NCBI RefSeq assembly: GCF_006345805.1 | Contig: NC_042997.1 | Span: 116,374,001-116,438,000 of the forward strand | From: Octopus sinensis | Taxonomy: Eukaryota | DNA: 64,000 nt | Direction: 5' to 3' | Shown here: piece by piece, positions 36,956-52,200 of the stretch | How the letters are laid out: every line of letters starts with the position of its first letter | Numbering within the stretch: position 1 is the stretch's first letter | Program-made: the position numbers and the translations under genes | The notes under the pieces: model-generated | What the model saw: the letters and a program-made list of their open reading frames with translations, nothing else | The model's database searches: none | Told to the model about the DNA's origin: nothing

Positions 36956-39900
36956 CTGTGGCATTAGAAACCAATTAACTAAAGACAGTGACACAGTAAA
37001 CATGAACTGGACATATCTGACTGGTTCAATTTATAACATTATAAATAGGTGTCATGTATACAGCTTGCAGTATGAGATATAAGGAATACCATATGTATTC
37101 TACACGGAGCTCACTGTAACATACAAGGAATGATGGGATGTTTTCTTATCATACTTTAACCTCTCATCAGCTGACACAAAAGAGAGAGAGAGAGAGAGAG
37201 AGAAGCCATTGTGTACTATGATATTACAAAATATATAAAACAAACATAACCCTACACCCTACCCTCATCTAAGGGGTCTTGTCTCGTGAATTACTTATTT
37301 CTTTTCTGCCCACAAGGGGCTAAACATAGAGGGGACAAACAAGGACAGACAAAGTGATAAAGTCGATTACATCGACCCCAGTGCGTAACTGGTACTTAAT
37401 TTATTGACCCCAAAAGGATGAAAAGCAAAGTCAACCTCGATGGAATTTGAACTCAGAACATAATGGCAGACGAAATACTGCTAAACATTTCGCCCATCGC
37501 GTTAACATTTCTGCCAGCTCGCTGCCTTGTCTTGTAAGTTACTTAGTGACCTCACCAGTGCCACAGCCTTGTGAAAAGCATCCAGTATATCCTGTAAAGT
37601 AGTGGGTGTTAGTAAGGGCATCAAGCTTCTATCAAATCATCCAACCCATGCCAGCATGGAAAAAGGGACAATAAATGAAAACGTGCCATCAAGGAACAAT
37701 CTATTCTTCTGCAGTCAAGTTTGCATCATGGTTTCAGTGCCACCCAACAGTACTGCTCTCTTCAACAGGGCCAAGCAGTACTTAGATACTTAGATAGGTT
37801 TTGGTCACATTGGCCCAAGAGGACATAGCTAACTTAATAGCACCACCTGGAAAAGACATTTAATAATGTATTTTTGTATAGTTATTTCTAGGCACCATTG
37901 CCCATTCGATTAAAGAGTTGTTGTTTGCAGCAGTATATTTCCAGGCATAGGTGGTTTATCTGGAATTTGTTGGAGATATTCATCCAGGAACTTTTTGAAG
38001 GTTATGAAATCTTTTCCTCCTTTTGGAATGATGTTAAAAAGAGCAGGTCCAGTTGAAGAGAAGTAGTTCTGTCTTAGTGTTGTGATGTGCTGAGAGCATG
38101 ATTTCTGTACAGGACGAATGGCATGGGGACCAAGCCTTGGGTGGATTTTAAAAGTGATACCAATATCATTTGGGCAATACTGTCGGAACAATTTCCACAT
38201 CATACAAATGATAAAACGCTCTCACCAGCGCTGGAGAGAATGCAGTTTGAGATTCACGAGTCGATCCCAGTAATAAAGACCAGACATGCCATCAATTTTT
38301 TTTGTAATTGATCTCTGGGGTGCTTCAAGCTTTTTAATATTCTGGCTTGTGTAGGAAGACCATAGCAAACAACAGTATTCAAGGTGAGGGTGGGCAAAGG
38401 TAGAAAAAAAGAATATTTTGCCAGATCAGATTGGAGCCTGGTGCAGCCTTCTCGCTTGCCAGCCCTCAGTCAAACCAACCAACTCATGCCAGCATGGAAA
38501 GCGGACGTAAACAACAATGATGACGATGATGATGAAACCTCCATTGTTTATCCCCAACAAAGTCTGACCTGTCAGTTAGTGCTGCAGATCTGAATCCATT
38601 TGACTTTTTTAAATAGGTGTCATAAATACATCACTGCAATGTCACCATACTGAAAACTGCCATTAGTAAAGCATTCAACTTTGTCTAATCGGATGAGGCA
38701 AACAAGGCATGACTCTGCATTCAAATCAATTATAAGAGTTACTAGTCGACATATTGAATAATATCTTTTCTTATGATATAACAAATGTACAAAATTTCAA
38801 ATCTCTCTTCTCATTTTTCCTTATTTACAAGGTAAATGAAACAACTCAACACAAACAGTCTTAATTTAGCTGTCCAATCTGTCTCTATGGTGCCATAATT
38901 AGAATGAATTATATAATATATTGAAGCAGAGACGTCTGCTTTATTGCAAAGTTCAAACACTCTCACTCTCTCACTCTTCTACAATGGCATCGTGATTTCA
39001 AAGAAGGTAAAACTAAAACACCTATTCAATTCATTGCTGACTGTTTACGAGTAAACTCCTGTTTCAATAACTTGTGCAAATAGTAAAATTCATCATCATC
39101 ATTTAACATCCGTTGTCCATGCTGGTATGTGTTGGATGGTTTGACCAGACTGGCATGGGCTGGACGGTTTGACCAGGCTTGCATGGATTGGACAGTTTGA
39201 CTAAACTGGCATGGGTTGGACGGTTTGACCAGGCAGGCGTGGATTGGACAGTTTGACTGGGCTGGCATGGATTGGACAGTTTGACCGGGCTGGCATGGAT
39301 TGGATGGTTTGTCCGAACTGGCATGGGTTGGATGGTTTGACTGGGCAGGTATGGATTGGACAGCTTGACCGAGCAGGCATGGATTGAATGGTTTGACCAG
39401 GTGGGCATGGGTTGGATGGTTTGACCGGGCAGGTATGGGTTGGACAGTTTGACTGGACTAGCACACTGGAAGGCTGCACCAGACTCCAGTCTGATTTGGT
39501 ATGGTTTCCTACAGCTGGATGCTCTTCCTAATGCCAAATACTCCAAGAGTGTAATAGATGCTTTTATGTGCCACCAGCACAAGTGCCATTTGTGTCACAC
39601 TGGGGTGCTTTTACATGCCACTGGCATGGGTGCCATTTGCATGACACCGGGGTGCTTTTACATGCCACTGGCACGGGTGCCAATTCGTGTGACACCGGTA
39701 TCTTCCACGACTGCAATTTTGCTCGGTTTGATGGGTCTTCTCAAGCACAGTATATTGCCAAAGGTCTCGGTCACTGCCTCCGTGAAGCCCAACATTCAAA
39801 AGGAACTCAGCCACTTTTTCTCCGTGAAAATTGTAAAATTGTATTTGATGGCATGCACCCATATTGTCTTTCTCTCTCTTTCACAAATACACACAAAACA

Positions 39901-42900
39901 AAAATAAGTGATAAGTGGAGGTGTGATTGTGGGGGTTAGATGTTTGCATCCCAACCACTTGATTCCAGATTCAGTCTCACTGCATGGCACATTGGGCAAG
40001 TGTCTTCTACTGTAACCCCTGGTTGTCCAAAAGCATTGTGAGCAGATTTGGTAGATAGAAACTGAAATAAGACCATCATGTGTGTGTGTGTCTCCTTGAT
40101 TTCATGTGGTAGCAATAAACAACTCTCCCTGTTATACAAGCAGTGTCTTTCATTTTGAATATTCTGCTGGAAACCTATCTAGCCATAGGGAAGTATTACC
40201 TTCCTAGGAAACAGGTGATGGTTGGTGACAAGAAAGGCATCCGTCTGTACAAAATCTGCTTTGTATTCTATCTGACCCATGCAAACATGGAAAAGTAAAG
40301 GTAAGTGGGTGGGAAATCATTAAGTCATTATCATTAAGGTAGTGTTAGGAACATAAATTAGACTGTTTGGTGGAAGATTTTAATTCAAAACTTATGGAAG
40401 CAAGACATTTGTATTCAGAGCCAGGGCCAGTTTCAGCCAGGTTGGTAACGAAAGGGTTAAGAAATTTCTCTATTGTATATTTTAATCATTTTGTTATCAT
40501 ATTTCTATTCAGATGCTTTGTGTTTCTTTCAATTAATTTTAAATATAACAAAGAATTTAGTAAAAAAGTTTAGTTATCATTCACCTAGTGTCAGGAATAT
40601 AAACTGTGACTAAGATTTGGTGGAAGATTTTAATTCAAAACTTATGAAAACAAGACATTTGTACTATAGAGCCAGAGCTGGTTTCAGCTGGGTTGGTATC
40701 AAAAGGGTTAAGGAATGATGGAAGATGTTGGAGTAGAGCAGGTTCTTGTTGTAGAGGAAGAGCTACGTGGCTGCCCATATTTAGGAAAGAGAGGAAGTGA
40801 GAATGAATTAGAGGTATCTCAAAGGAGATAGACAGTGGTGATGAGGTGTCCAGATGACACCTCAAGTAGCAGGTGTAGCAGTGAGGGGAGTGAGAGTTTG
40901 CAAGGGTGTGTGGGGGAAGAGATGCAGGAAGTTGGAGAGGGAGGTAGGCATCAGCTGTAAGGATTGGGGTAGGGGTGCATAAGTTGGGGAGGCTTCAGGA
41001 ATACTAGCAGTGTGGGAGTAATGATACAGTTGATGGAGGAGAGAGAGAGAGAGAGATGATGCGTTTGGGTTAGCTGCTGGAGCAGAGGAGAGAAATAAAA
41101 GAGGTGTAATGCATGAGAAGAGACAATTTGGTGGTTCTGGGAGGGTAAAGCCTGCTGTAACATGTGGGTGTGGAGAGCAATCTTAATGGGTAAAGAATGG
41201 CTAACAAGTGAAATGGTTCAGGGCAGCAAGAGAGAATAGAAGCATAGGGATCCATTTGACCTGTAGCTTTGAGATTTCAAAGATCTGATTGTTTATTTTT
41301 AGAATGACATTGAAGGGTAGGTGTGAGAGGCTGGGTCTGGCCAGTTTGAACATACAACAAATAAAACACTTGGGCCAAATTTGACCAGTTTAGATACAAA
41401 AGGGTTAAAGCTATATTTCTACACAGAGACTACTTCACTTCCTTAAACTAATTTCAACTCTAATTGCTGGTTGCTATGATTAACTTAGAGGACTGAGATA
41501 ATAATTATTATTATTGTATATAAGTTTTTATTCTCCCCCCCCCCCCCAGCCACCCAACTTCATCACTTAACTAACTTCCCATATACTTATTTTTAGTAGT
41601 TTAAGGTATGGAATTAATTTTCCTTTTACTGTTCTCTAAACAATTTTGAAATTACCACTTAAAAAGAAACTCCATATATTCTCATAAAGCAATGCTTTCA
41701 CAGCACAACTTAATCACAATCAAATATCAACTACCAAAGATATCAGTAAAAGAAAGGAAAAAAAAACACATTTCCTTTCTACTTACAAAAGTAATTTGAA
41801 GAGTAATGTATATTAAACAAGAACTCTCAGAAAGCACAAACCTCCACCAAGACAATACCAATGTCCTCTCAATGATTAGCTGGAGATTGTTTTTAAAATG
41901 AGAATATCTGAAATAAACTCGACTGCTCTCATAAATGAGAATACTAAAAATTAACTCTCTCTAAAAAAAAACTGCTCTCAAGAATTAAGTAAAAAAACTA
42001 GGAAAAATAATCCAGAATCCTTGTCCGGTACCGGATTGATCCCAAAATCTAACCAGTTTGTGCCAGTCACAAGGCCAAACATCCATGAATGTTTCATCCG
42101 AATCCATCCAGCAGTCCTTGAGATATCTTGTCCACAGACAAACACAACTGAAAACAATACCTCCACCTTCGCTAAGGCAGAGGTAATAAATAAAAAAAAA
42201 AAAAAAAGGTTCAAAGTAAATTAGGCTTTACTTACCTTTTATGGAAAATTTCACACAAAAATGATGTATGTTTTAAAATATTGCCAAGTAAACTGCAGAC
42301 ACGAGATTTCAGAACAGAAGGTTCATAGTTCAACAGGGCAGAGAGCACAGAGTAATCACCTATGTATTGAAGAGAAGGTTGTGTCCATTAAATTTAATAA
42401 TAAAGGCACAGGTATGAGTATATGGTTAAGAAGTATCGCTTTGCAAACATGTGGCTTTGGGTTCAGTCCCACTATATGGTACCTTGGGCAAGTGTTTTCT
42501 ACTATAGCTGTAGCCTGGCCAATACTTTGTGAGGTAATTTGATAGGTTGAGACTAAAAGAAGCTTGTCATATGTACATGTGTGTTTAGATCAGTGGTTCT
42601 CAAACTTTTTTTTTTTACCTATGGACCCCTTTGATTGCTATTTTATTCTGGTGGACTCCCATAGCCATTTGATATTTAAAAACTTGTTTTATAGAAACTT
42701 CTTTTGGAATACCTAGTGTAGGTTAGACCATGTATAACATTGAAGAAACTGAGCTGTTTCTTGTAATAAATAATCTAAACAAATTTTTTTCATGGACCTT
42801 TCAAATAATAATGGGGACCCAATAACTATTTTTCTTGCACAGACACCTAAAATCTTATATGAATTCCCAGGGGTTATATGAACCCCCAGTTGAGAACCAC

Positions 42901-45141
42901 TGGTTTAAATGAAAAAGCACCATCCAAACGTGGTTGATGACCTGAATAATAACAATAATAATAATATCGAAAAATACCTTAGGAATGAGAACCCAGGTTC
43001 GAAATTTCCCCAAGATACCTGATGAAGGCTGGAGAATATATCAGCTGAAATGTCGTGTTAACAACAAACAAGATGAGGGCAAATATCCGTCAAATGTAAA
43101 TAATGTAAAATTATTTATGGAAGACCAGTAGTCACCCACACATACCAGCCTCTCGTGCCACTGATGTCATCCAAGGATGAGGCAAAGGCTGATACAGCTT
43201 GGCACCAGTGATGTTGCAACTTATTTCTGCAGCTGAGTGAACTAGAGCAATGCGAAATAAAGTGTCTTGTTCAACAACACAACACACAACCCAGTCCAGG
43301 AATCGAACTCACTACTGCATGATTTGTGAGCCTGACATTTTAACCACTGAGCCAAGTGCCTTCACATTCATTTATTAGGAAATGTACATTATTAGGAACT
43401 GCATAAAACAAAATTGTGAAAATATTTAGTGTATTGTAAAAGTATAACAAATTTATTGTGCATAAATATTAAGGGCAAAATATTTTATGAACCCCAGTTG
43501 AGAACCAAGGGGCTAAAGTATGATAAAGGAATAAATGCACGTGTATAAGGGTAGGTGGGAATAGCTGGGAAGAAGCTGAGATGGGAGTGCCATTTATTTA
43601 GGTTAATCATAAAAAAAAACTCCAAAGAATTTGTCACTCATCATCATCATCATTTAACGTCTGTTTTCCATGCTAGCATGGGCTGGACGGTTCAACCGGG
43701 GTCTGGGAAACCAGAAGGCTGCACCAGGCTGCAGTCTGATCTGGCAGTGTTTCTACAGCTGGATGCCCTTCCTAATGCCAACCATTCTGAGAGTGTAGTG
43801 GGTGCTTTTATGTGCCACTGGCACAGCTGCCAGGGGAGACTGGCAACAGCCATGAACGGTTGGTGCTTTTTACATACCACCAGTACAGAAGCCAGTCAAG
43901 CCAATTATTGAATAATACTTTAAAATACACATGTTTGAGAACCAACGGCATTTCTACTTAGAAGAGAAGCATTTGATTCAAATAAAGCAATGGAGGAAGC
44001 ACTTACCATTCTGTCCCATTAATATTGTATTTAGAATTGGAATGTAATCCGAGGAGGTTCTTGCTAAATGACAGCATAATGACACAAGGTCACTTAACAT
44101 GGACTGTGAACTTTTAGGAGATAACAATATTTGTTGTATAAAAGGTACAGCCTGAAAATAAACAACAATTATTAATGTATGCTCATAAAAACAGTTTATG
44201 AATGAAATCTCAGTTGTAACCAGTTTCTCAAACAGAGAGGATGTAAGATTTTACAGAATCTCTTAAATTTCTCTCTTGTCAACTTTTCCCTGAGGCAGGG
44301 CTGTTGAATTTTTCACACTTCAAAGTGATTTCACTGTACTCTATTTATTTGATATGTGTGTGTGTGTGTGTACATTTCTTTTACTTTCCTTTACTTGTTT
44401 CAGTCATTTGACTGTGGCCATGCTGGAGCACCACTGTTAGTAGAGAAAATCGACCCCAGGACTTATTCTTTGTAAATCTTGTACTTATCCTATCAGCCTC
44501 TTTTGCTGATTTGCAAAGTTACAGGGACGTAAACACACTAGCATCAGTTGTCAAGCGATGTTGTGGGGACAAACGCAGACACACAAACATACACACACAC
44601 ATATATATATGCATATATACGACAGGCTTCTTTCAGTTTCCGTCTACCAAATCTACTCACAAGGCTTTGGTTGGCCCAAGGTTATAGTAGAAGACACCTG
44701 CCCATGGTGCCATGCAGTGGGACTGAACCTGGAACCATGTCATGGGTACAAAACGGTGTGATAGATATACAAACCCGCATACATGCATGCAAGACACACA
44801 TGCCAAACACAGAGACACACACATAGATACAAACATGCACAGATATGGATACATACCACAGAAAGACAAAATGGAATAGAGACAGGAGAGAAGAGGGGGG
44901 GGCATGAGGAATGGAAAGTCATTGAACAGGCCACAGAATGTGTGACAAAAGAACTCTGACAAATAAACTAATAATAATGATAATAAAGCTAAAGTGAAGA
45001 TCAACTGAACAGTGCATATGATTTGGGTTCAGTCCCACTGTGTGGCACCTTGGGCAAATGTCTTCCACTATAACCTTGGGCTGACCAAAGACTTGTGAGT
45101 GGATTTGGTAGAAGGAAACTGAAAGAAGCCTGTTGTATATG

Positions 45142-45182
<41 letters not shown>

Positions 45183-46122
45183 AGGCATATGGCTTAGTGA
45201 TTAGGGCAGTCAGCTCATGATCGTAAGGATGTAAGTTCAATTCCCAGTGATGCATTGAGTCCTTGAGCAAGACACTTTATTTCATGTTTTCCCCAGTCTA
45301 CTCAGCCAGCAAAAATGAGTTGTACCTGTATTTCGAGGGACCAGCCTTGTCACACTCTGTGTCACGCTGAATCTCTCTGCGGACTTTTTTCAGGGTACAT
45401 GTGTCTGAGAAGTGCTCAGCCACTTGCATGTTAATTTCATGAGCAAACTGTTCCATTGATTGTATCAGCTGGAACTCTCTTTGTAACCAACAGAGTGCTC
45501 ATTTATATATATATATATATATATAAATAAAACATTCGAGCGAGGTCATTGCCAATGCCGCTGGACTGACTCCTGTGCAGGTGGCACCCAAAAACACCAT
45601 TTGAGCATGGCCATTGCCAGTACCACCTGACTGGTAGCATGTAAAAGCACTTACTACACTCTCGGAGTGGTTGGCGTTAGGAAGGGCATCCAGCAGTAGA
45701 AACACTGCCAGATCAGACTGGAGCCTGGTGCAGCCTTCTGGTTCACCAGTCCTCAGTCAAATTGTCCAACCCATGCTAGCATGGAAAGCGGATGTTAAAC
45801 AATGATGATCATGATAAACAAACAATGTTAACATATACTGAATGTAAAAAACAAATGGGAGACCAGCAGAAGGTCTGTAATTCTTCACCAGTTATTGACT
45901 AATTGGTAATATTCAGTTTGGCAGCTTTAACGATAAGACTGAGTGTTTCCCAATTGGTGGTGCCCGCAAAAAATGTTTTCCTGCGGAGAATTAGGGACAA
46001 GAGCAAACAAAACAAAACAAGCAAAATGACACAGAATATGATTTAGAATGGTGGATAAGGACAAACAGTCAAACAAAATATGGCCTTGGAGCCAAGGAGG
46101 TGAGGATAGTGATATGCGTATG

Positions 46123-46163
<41 letters not shown>

Positions 46164-47055
46164 ATCTGTGTTTGTCCCCTCATTACAGCTTGGCAACTGG
46201 TGTTGGTGTATATACATGCTTGTAACTTAGCAGTTCAACAAAGGAGACCAATAGAATAAAGACCAGGCTGAAAAAATAAGGTGGCAAGCTGGCAGAAAAG
46301 TTAGCATGCTGGGTGAAATGCTTAGCGGTATTTTGTCTCTTTACGTTCTGAGTTCAAATTCCACTGGGTTCGACTTTGCCTTTCATCTTTTCGATAATCA
46401 ATAAATTAAGTACCAGTTACATCCTGGGATTGACCTAATCGCTTGGCCCCCCTCCTCCAAACTTTTGGGCCTTGTACCCAGAGTAGAAAGAATTATTATT
46501 ATTATTATTATTACATTAAGGCGGTGAGCTGGCAGAATCGTTAGCACATTTCACCTGTCACTACATTCCGAGTTCAAATTCCACCGAGGTCAACTTTGCC
46601 TTTCATCCTTTCGGGAGTCAATAAATTAAGTACCAGTTACATACTGAGGTCAATCTAATCACCTGGCCTCCTCCCCAAAAATTTTGGGCCTTGTACCTAG
46701 AGTAGAAAGGATTATTATTATATTAAGGTGACAAGCTGGCAGAATTGTTAGCACACTGGACGAAATGCTTAGTGGATTTCGCCCATCACTACGTTCCGAG
46801 TTCAAATTCCGCCGAGGTCAGCTTTGCCTTTCATCCTTTCGGGAGTTTAATAAATTAAGTACCAGTTACATACTGGTGTCGATCTAATTGAATGGCCCCC
46901 TCCCCCAAAATTCCGGGCCTCATACCTAGAGTAGAAAGGATTAATAATCAAACTTTTTTCCAGTTGAGAAATATACTTATATCCTTTTCTCATTTTCCTA
47001 TTATTAATATTTCTTTATTCTTTTTTAAAAGAATAACTTTGCTCTCTCTCTCCCT

Positions 47056-47090
<35 letters not shown>

Positions 47091-49222
47091 TTTAAGTTTG
47101 CTTCTTTTCAATTTGGTCTATTTCTTTAATATTTCTTTCTCGTCTCTTTCATGTATTGTTTTCATTTAATTATTTATTCCTTGTAATTCAATGTTGTTTT
47201 GATTTTGTTTTGTGTTTTTTTGTATGTCCATGTATTAATACACCAACCTAAAATTTATGATTGTTATTCCTTTGAAATGATTGCTTGTGTGTTTGTTTCT
47301 ACACATGGGTGTGTAAGTGAGCAAATGTGTGTCTGTGATTGTGTGTGTGTGTCAGAGACTGTGTGAGTGAGTGACAGTGTGTGAGTGTGAGTGACTGTGT
47401 GTGTGTGTGTGCATGAGTGACTGTGTGTCTGCATGTATGTGTGTCTGCATGAATGAGTGTGTGTGTCTGCATGAGTGAGTGTGTGTGAATGAGTGTATGT
47501 ATGCATGCATGCATGTGCATGAGTGACTGTGTGTGTGTGCATGTATGAGTGTGCGTGAGTGATTGTGTGAGTGTGAGTGACAGACAGCATGTCAGACCGT
47601 ACATGTGAAACTGTGTGTATGAATCACTCTGTGACTGTTTTTGTATGAGAAAGAGACTATGTGCACATGTGACCATGAGAAAGAGGAAGAGAGAGAAGGA
47701 GGAGGGGAGAGAGAAAGAGACTGACTCTGTGAGGGAAAGACAGAATGAGAGAAATGCTAACAGCCATGATACATAACAAAATTAAAACAGAAATAATCCA
47801 AATCAATAGATATATTTCTGAGAGTAGTTTCTAAAACTTTTTTTATGACATTTGCCTTCCATTTTTGTTTTATCAAAAGTTGTGAACCATAAATAAACAA
47901 ACAAACAAATAAATAAAATATAGTAAAATAAAAATACAGTTGTCTGGAAACTGAAATAGAACAGACAAAAAAAAATAGCAGACAAAGAATAGAAAAGAAA
48001 AGAAATATCCTAATCAATAGGAGAGTATTTGGCAATCTCCTGGGAGATACAATTGATTGGGTTTCCTTTTAGCCACAACTGACACCTAGAGTAGACAAGG
48101 CTATGGGGTACAGCTTTGGAAGTTTTTTTTTTGTTTTTTCATTGTTGTATTGGCTTTGTGAAAGTTATTAACCCATGTAGTGGATATTACAAACCCTGTC
48201 TTGTAATTAACTGGTCATTGTAAATGATGTTGAAGAGTGTGGTTAAAAGGGGAGATAATTCGAACTGTGAGCCAAATAGTCTCTGATGTCCAAGATAAAG
48301 GTCAACTGTTTTATATACCAACATCAAAGTAGAAACTAAGAAAAGGTAACTCATGCAAGGGTGAGGTGAAGGTAAAAGCAAGCAGAAAAGTGAAAGTGAA
48401 AGAGAAATATTTCTAAAACTGGAACAAATTATATGTAAAACTCTTTTATCTTTCATTTCAGTCATTGGACAATGGCCATACTAGAGCACTACCTTGAAGG
48501 ATTTAATTGAACAAATCAACCCCTAATTATTTTTTTTAAACCTGCAGTGTAAATAACGGACAGTCAAGACTATTGAAAAGGTTACAAGAAGCAACGAAAA
48601 TTTTAGGAAAATAAAAATAAGAAATAAGTGGAAATTTTACCAGTGAGTGTGTTACATTATAAAGCACAAAAAGAAAATTACTCTCCCCAGACACAACAGT
48701 ATATATATATATATATATATAAAATAAACAAGCTTTGGAAGCTGTTGGAGCCACTTAGCTGGTAACTGAGAGGTATTGTGTTCAATTCCTCATAGCTGCT
48801 TGCTAGCAACTTTTTCTTGTTTTCTAAGGGTAAATGCCTAATCTTTCTCTGCTGTTCCCACAGCTATAATGCATTTGAAACTTACTTTCTTGCCTGTAAT
48901 ATATATATATATGTGTGTGTGTGTGTGTATGGCACGTAAAACACCATTTGAGTGTGGCCGTTGTCAGTACCGCCTGACTGGCACATAAAAGCACCCACTA
49001 CACTCTTGGAGTGGTTGGCGTTAGGAAGGGCATCAAGCTGTAGAAACTCTGCCAGATCAGATTGGAGCCTGGTACAGCCATCTGGTTTGCCAGTCCTTGG
49101 TCAAATTGTCCAAACCATGCTAGCATGGAAAGCGGACGTTAAATGATGATGATGATATATAAAAATTCAGGCTACATATGTTTCAGAGTGAGTGGAACCT
49201 CAGAATCAGGTTGCCAACTGTG

Positions 49223-49277
<55 letters not shown>

Positions 49278-52200
49278 GACAATTTCTAGTTATCAAATAT
49301 ATATATATTTGATGATTGGAAATGTTGAAAAGCTTCAACTTTTCTAATGATCAAATGAAAATAGATATGAAATAATGAAGAAAGCATACTAACGAGAAAG
49401 AATACAATATATATATATATATAAAATACTTCTTTAATTATTTTGGGTTGGGTTTATGCAAATAGAAACAAGGGTATTCTTTAAAAGATCAGAACAAATA
49501 TTCATCAGATATATTGTCATATAATTGAAAATCCTGACAATAAATATATTTTTCCAACCTGGATATTGAAATATCACCTGTTTGGCTTTAATTAAATGAT
49601 TCAGTGAAAATAGTTGATTTGCTTGTTAAGATGATTTTCTACAGAGCTTAAAATTTAAGATGGATAACCAAGAGAGAATGTTATCTACAGAATCAGCAGA
49701 CCATATCTATAATATTTGACAGTAGACAAACATAGTTTTAATAACCTGGAAGAAAGCCAAAGCAAGACAAACACATCTATGTAAAATTTTAATAAATATT
49801 TCCATTTTTGTTCTTGTTTGACATCAGAATATTTAATCAGATCTGGTCTAGTTTGTTACTATGGCTGTAATATTGTTTTCAAATTTTTTTTCTATTTCCC
49901 CCAAGAGCAAAATAATGCTAAATACAATTTAAAAAAAAAAAAGGCTAAGAAAATTCTAGTGTTTCTTCTTGTTTAGTTTGTCTTATTTTTTTTTAAACAT
50001 TTCTTTTAAAATTATAAAATGTTTTCAAACTGAAATATAAAATGCTGAAATTTTTGGCAACATCAATCACTTAAATACTTACTCTCTACATAATCATTAT
50101 GGAATCATTGCAATGAGAGGCTGAAATGAATGTAGTGTGAATGATCAAATAAAGGAAAAAAGAAATATGAAATTCTACACTACTATTTTGTATTGAGTAC
50201 TACTAAGGGAAGTAATCAATTTTAATCGAACCAAATTTCAATGAACAATAGACATAAAATCTCTCTATCTATCTATCTCACTATGTATGTGTGTATACAC
50301 ACACACACATACAAAAACACACACACAGATTGCTCAGGCATGGCAGTGTCATTAAGAAACTTGCTTTGCAATTCTGTAACTTCAGGTTCAGGCTTGCTGC
50401 ATGGTGCCTTGGGTGAATGTTTTCTGCTATACCGCTGGGCCAACCAATGCCTTGTCAATGAATTTGGTAGATAGAGGTTGTGTGTGTGTGTTGTTTTAGC
50501 AACCACTTTTCAATGCTTGCAGGAGACAGAATTTATTTCAGCAGGATTTCTACAGCTGGATGCTCTTCCAGTCACTGACCCTAACATGTTTTGATCAAGT
50601 TAATATATTCTCCTGGCAAGGTAAGTTTTTCAGAGGAGACTGGAACTGAACACTTGCGTGTGACAGTGGCACAATGGCACTTTGTTACAACCATCCCCTG
50701 ATGGTTGCAGGGTACACATACATATGAACACACACACACACACGTATCATCATCACCATAATCGTTTAACATGCAGTCTCCATGTTGGCATGGGTTGGAT
50801 TATTTGACATGAAGCTGGCTAGCAGGGAGCTACCCGAACTCAAACTCTCTTTTGTGGAACAATTTCTATGGTTGGATGCCCTTCCTAACACCAACCATAT
50901 ATAAAGGTAGGTAAGTAAGTAGGTAGGTACACAGGTGTGTATGATTATGTATAGAAGAATATAGTAAGATCACACACTGATTGGTCAGAATACAGCTTGC
51001 AAAAATTAACATTCTGGAGTCTGTACAAATGTGTTTAAGGCACACATTTTAGCCATATCACTACAGTTGTAAATTGTTAAACATAATTGTCACCACTACT
51101 ACATGAACCTGAAGATTGCATAGTTTAATGCTTGAAAGTACTAGTTCAATCAGAATGGACATTTAATATTCTATCATTTCATTATATTATATTGTTATAA
51201 ATGTGATAAACAGACAAAGTTGGAATTTCTTTGAGTAATATATTTATATATATATATACATACATACACATACATATACACCTGACATGTTCCTTTCAGT
51301 TTTGTACAAGATTTTGGTTGGCTATCTGTAGTTGTACAAGGCATCAGGTGGCTATCTGTATTGTAGAAGACACTTGCTCAAGGTAGCATGCAGTGGGACT
51401 GAACCCAAACCAACAGAGTTCAGAAGCAACCTTCTGAACCACATGCCTACATCATTTGAAGAAAGCATTTTCAACAATGGGAATAATTATTTATAATGTT
51501 ATGTTTGTTGATTTATAACACACATTTAAAACCACTCCTCCAGAGAAAAGACAAAGTAGGCTTTGGCAGATAATCGCTCCAGAAGAAATACTCTAAGACA
51601 TTTCCACCAATGCTTTCATTGTTCTGCCAGTTCCTCACTTGAATGAAATAATAATCCATCCTTTTTTGTTTTTTCTGTCCACTATTTCTGGGAGGGATCT
51701 GGCAGAGGTAGAGTCCTCAGGCACTTCTTCCATACTGGTCCTATCAGAAAAAAAACCATCATTGCACTTTTCTGCTAGAGTCACAAGACTGAGCAACTGA
51801 GACCATAGATATTGTCCAACTGTCTCGTTCCTAGTCTATCCCAACGTCTCTAGTCAGTTGGCTCAATTTGAAGAATCCGTCTTGTGATTCTGTCCTGGAA
51901 CATTCTAATCACTTGTCAGTTGAACTGGAGCTGTGACTTCTCAATGCAGAGAAGCAGCGGTTCAAACTGGAGAGACTTCCCAATCTCCAAACCATACAAT
52001 ATAGAAATATACAATAATTTTTTTAAGTGTATCTTTACAGATTTTGTGTAGAATTTAAAGCTAGCAATTAATATATACAATACCAAGCTCTATAAAGAAG
52101 TGCTGACTTCTCAAAGTAGATGGAACACGTGGAAGTGAAAGACCCAGGAAGACGCGGGATGAAATATTGAAGAACTCTGGTGGTGTAAAGCACTCATGAT

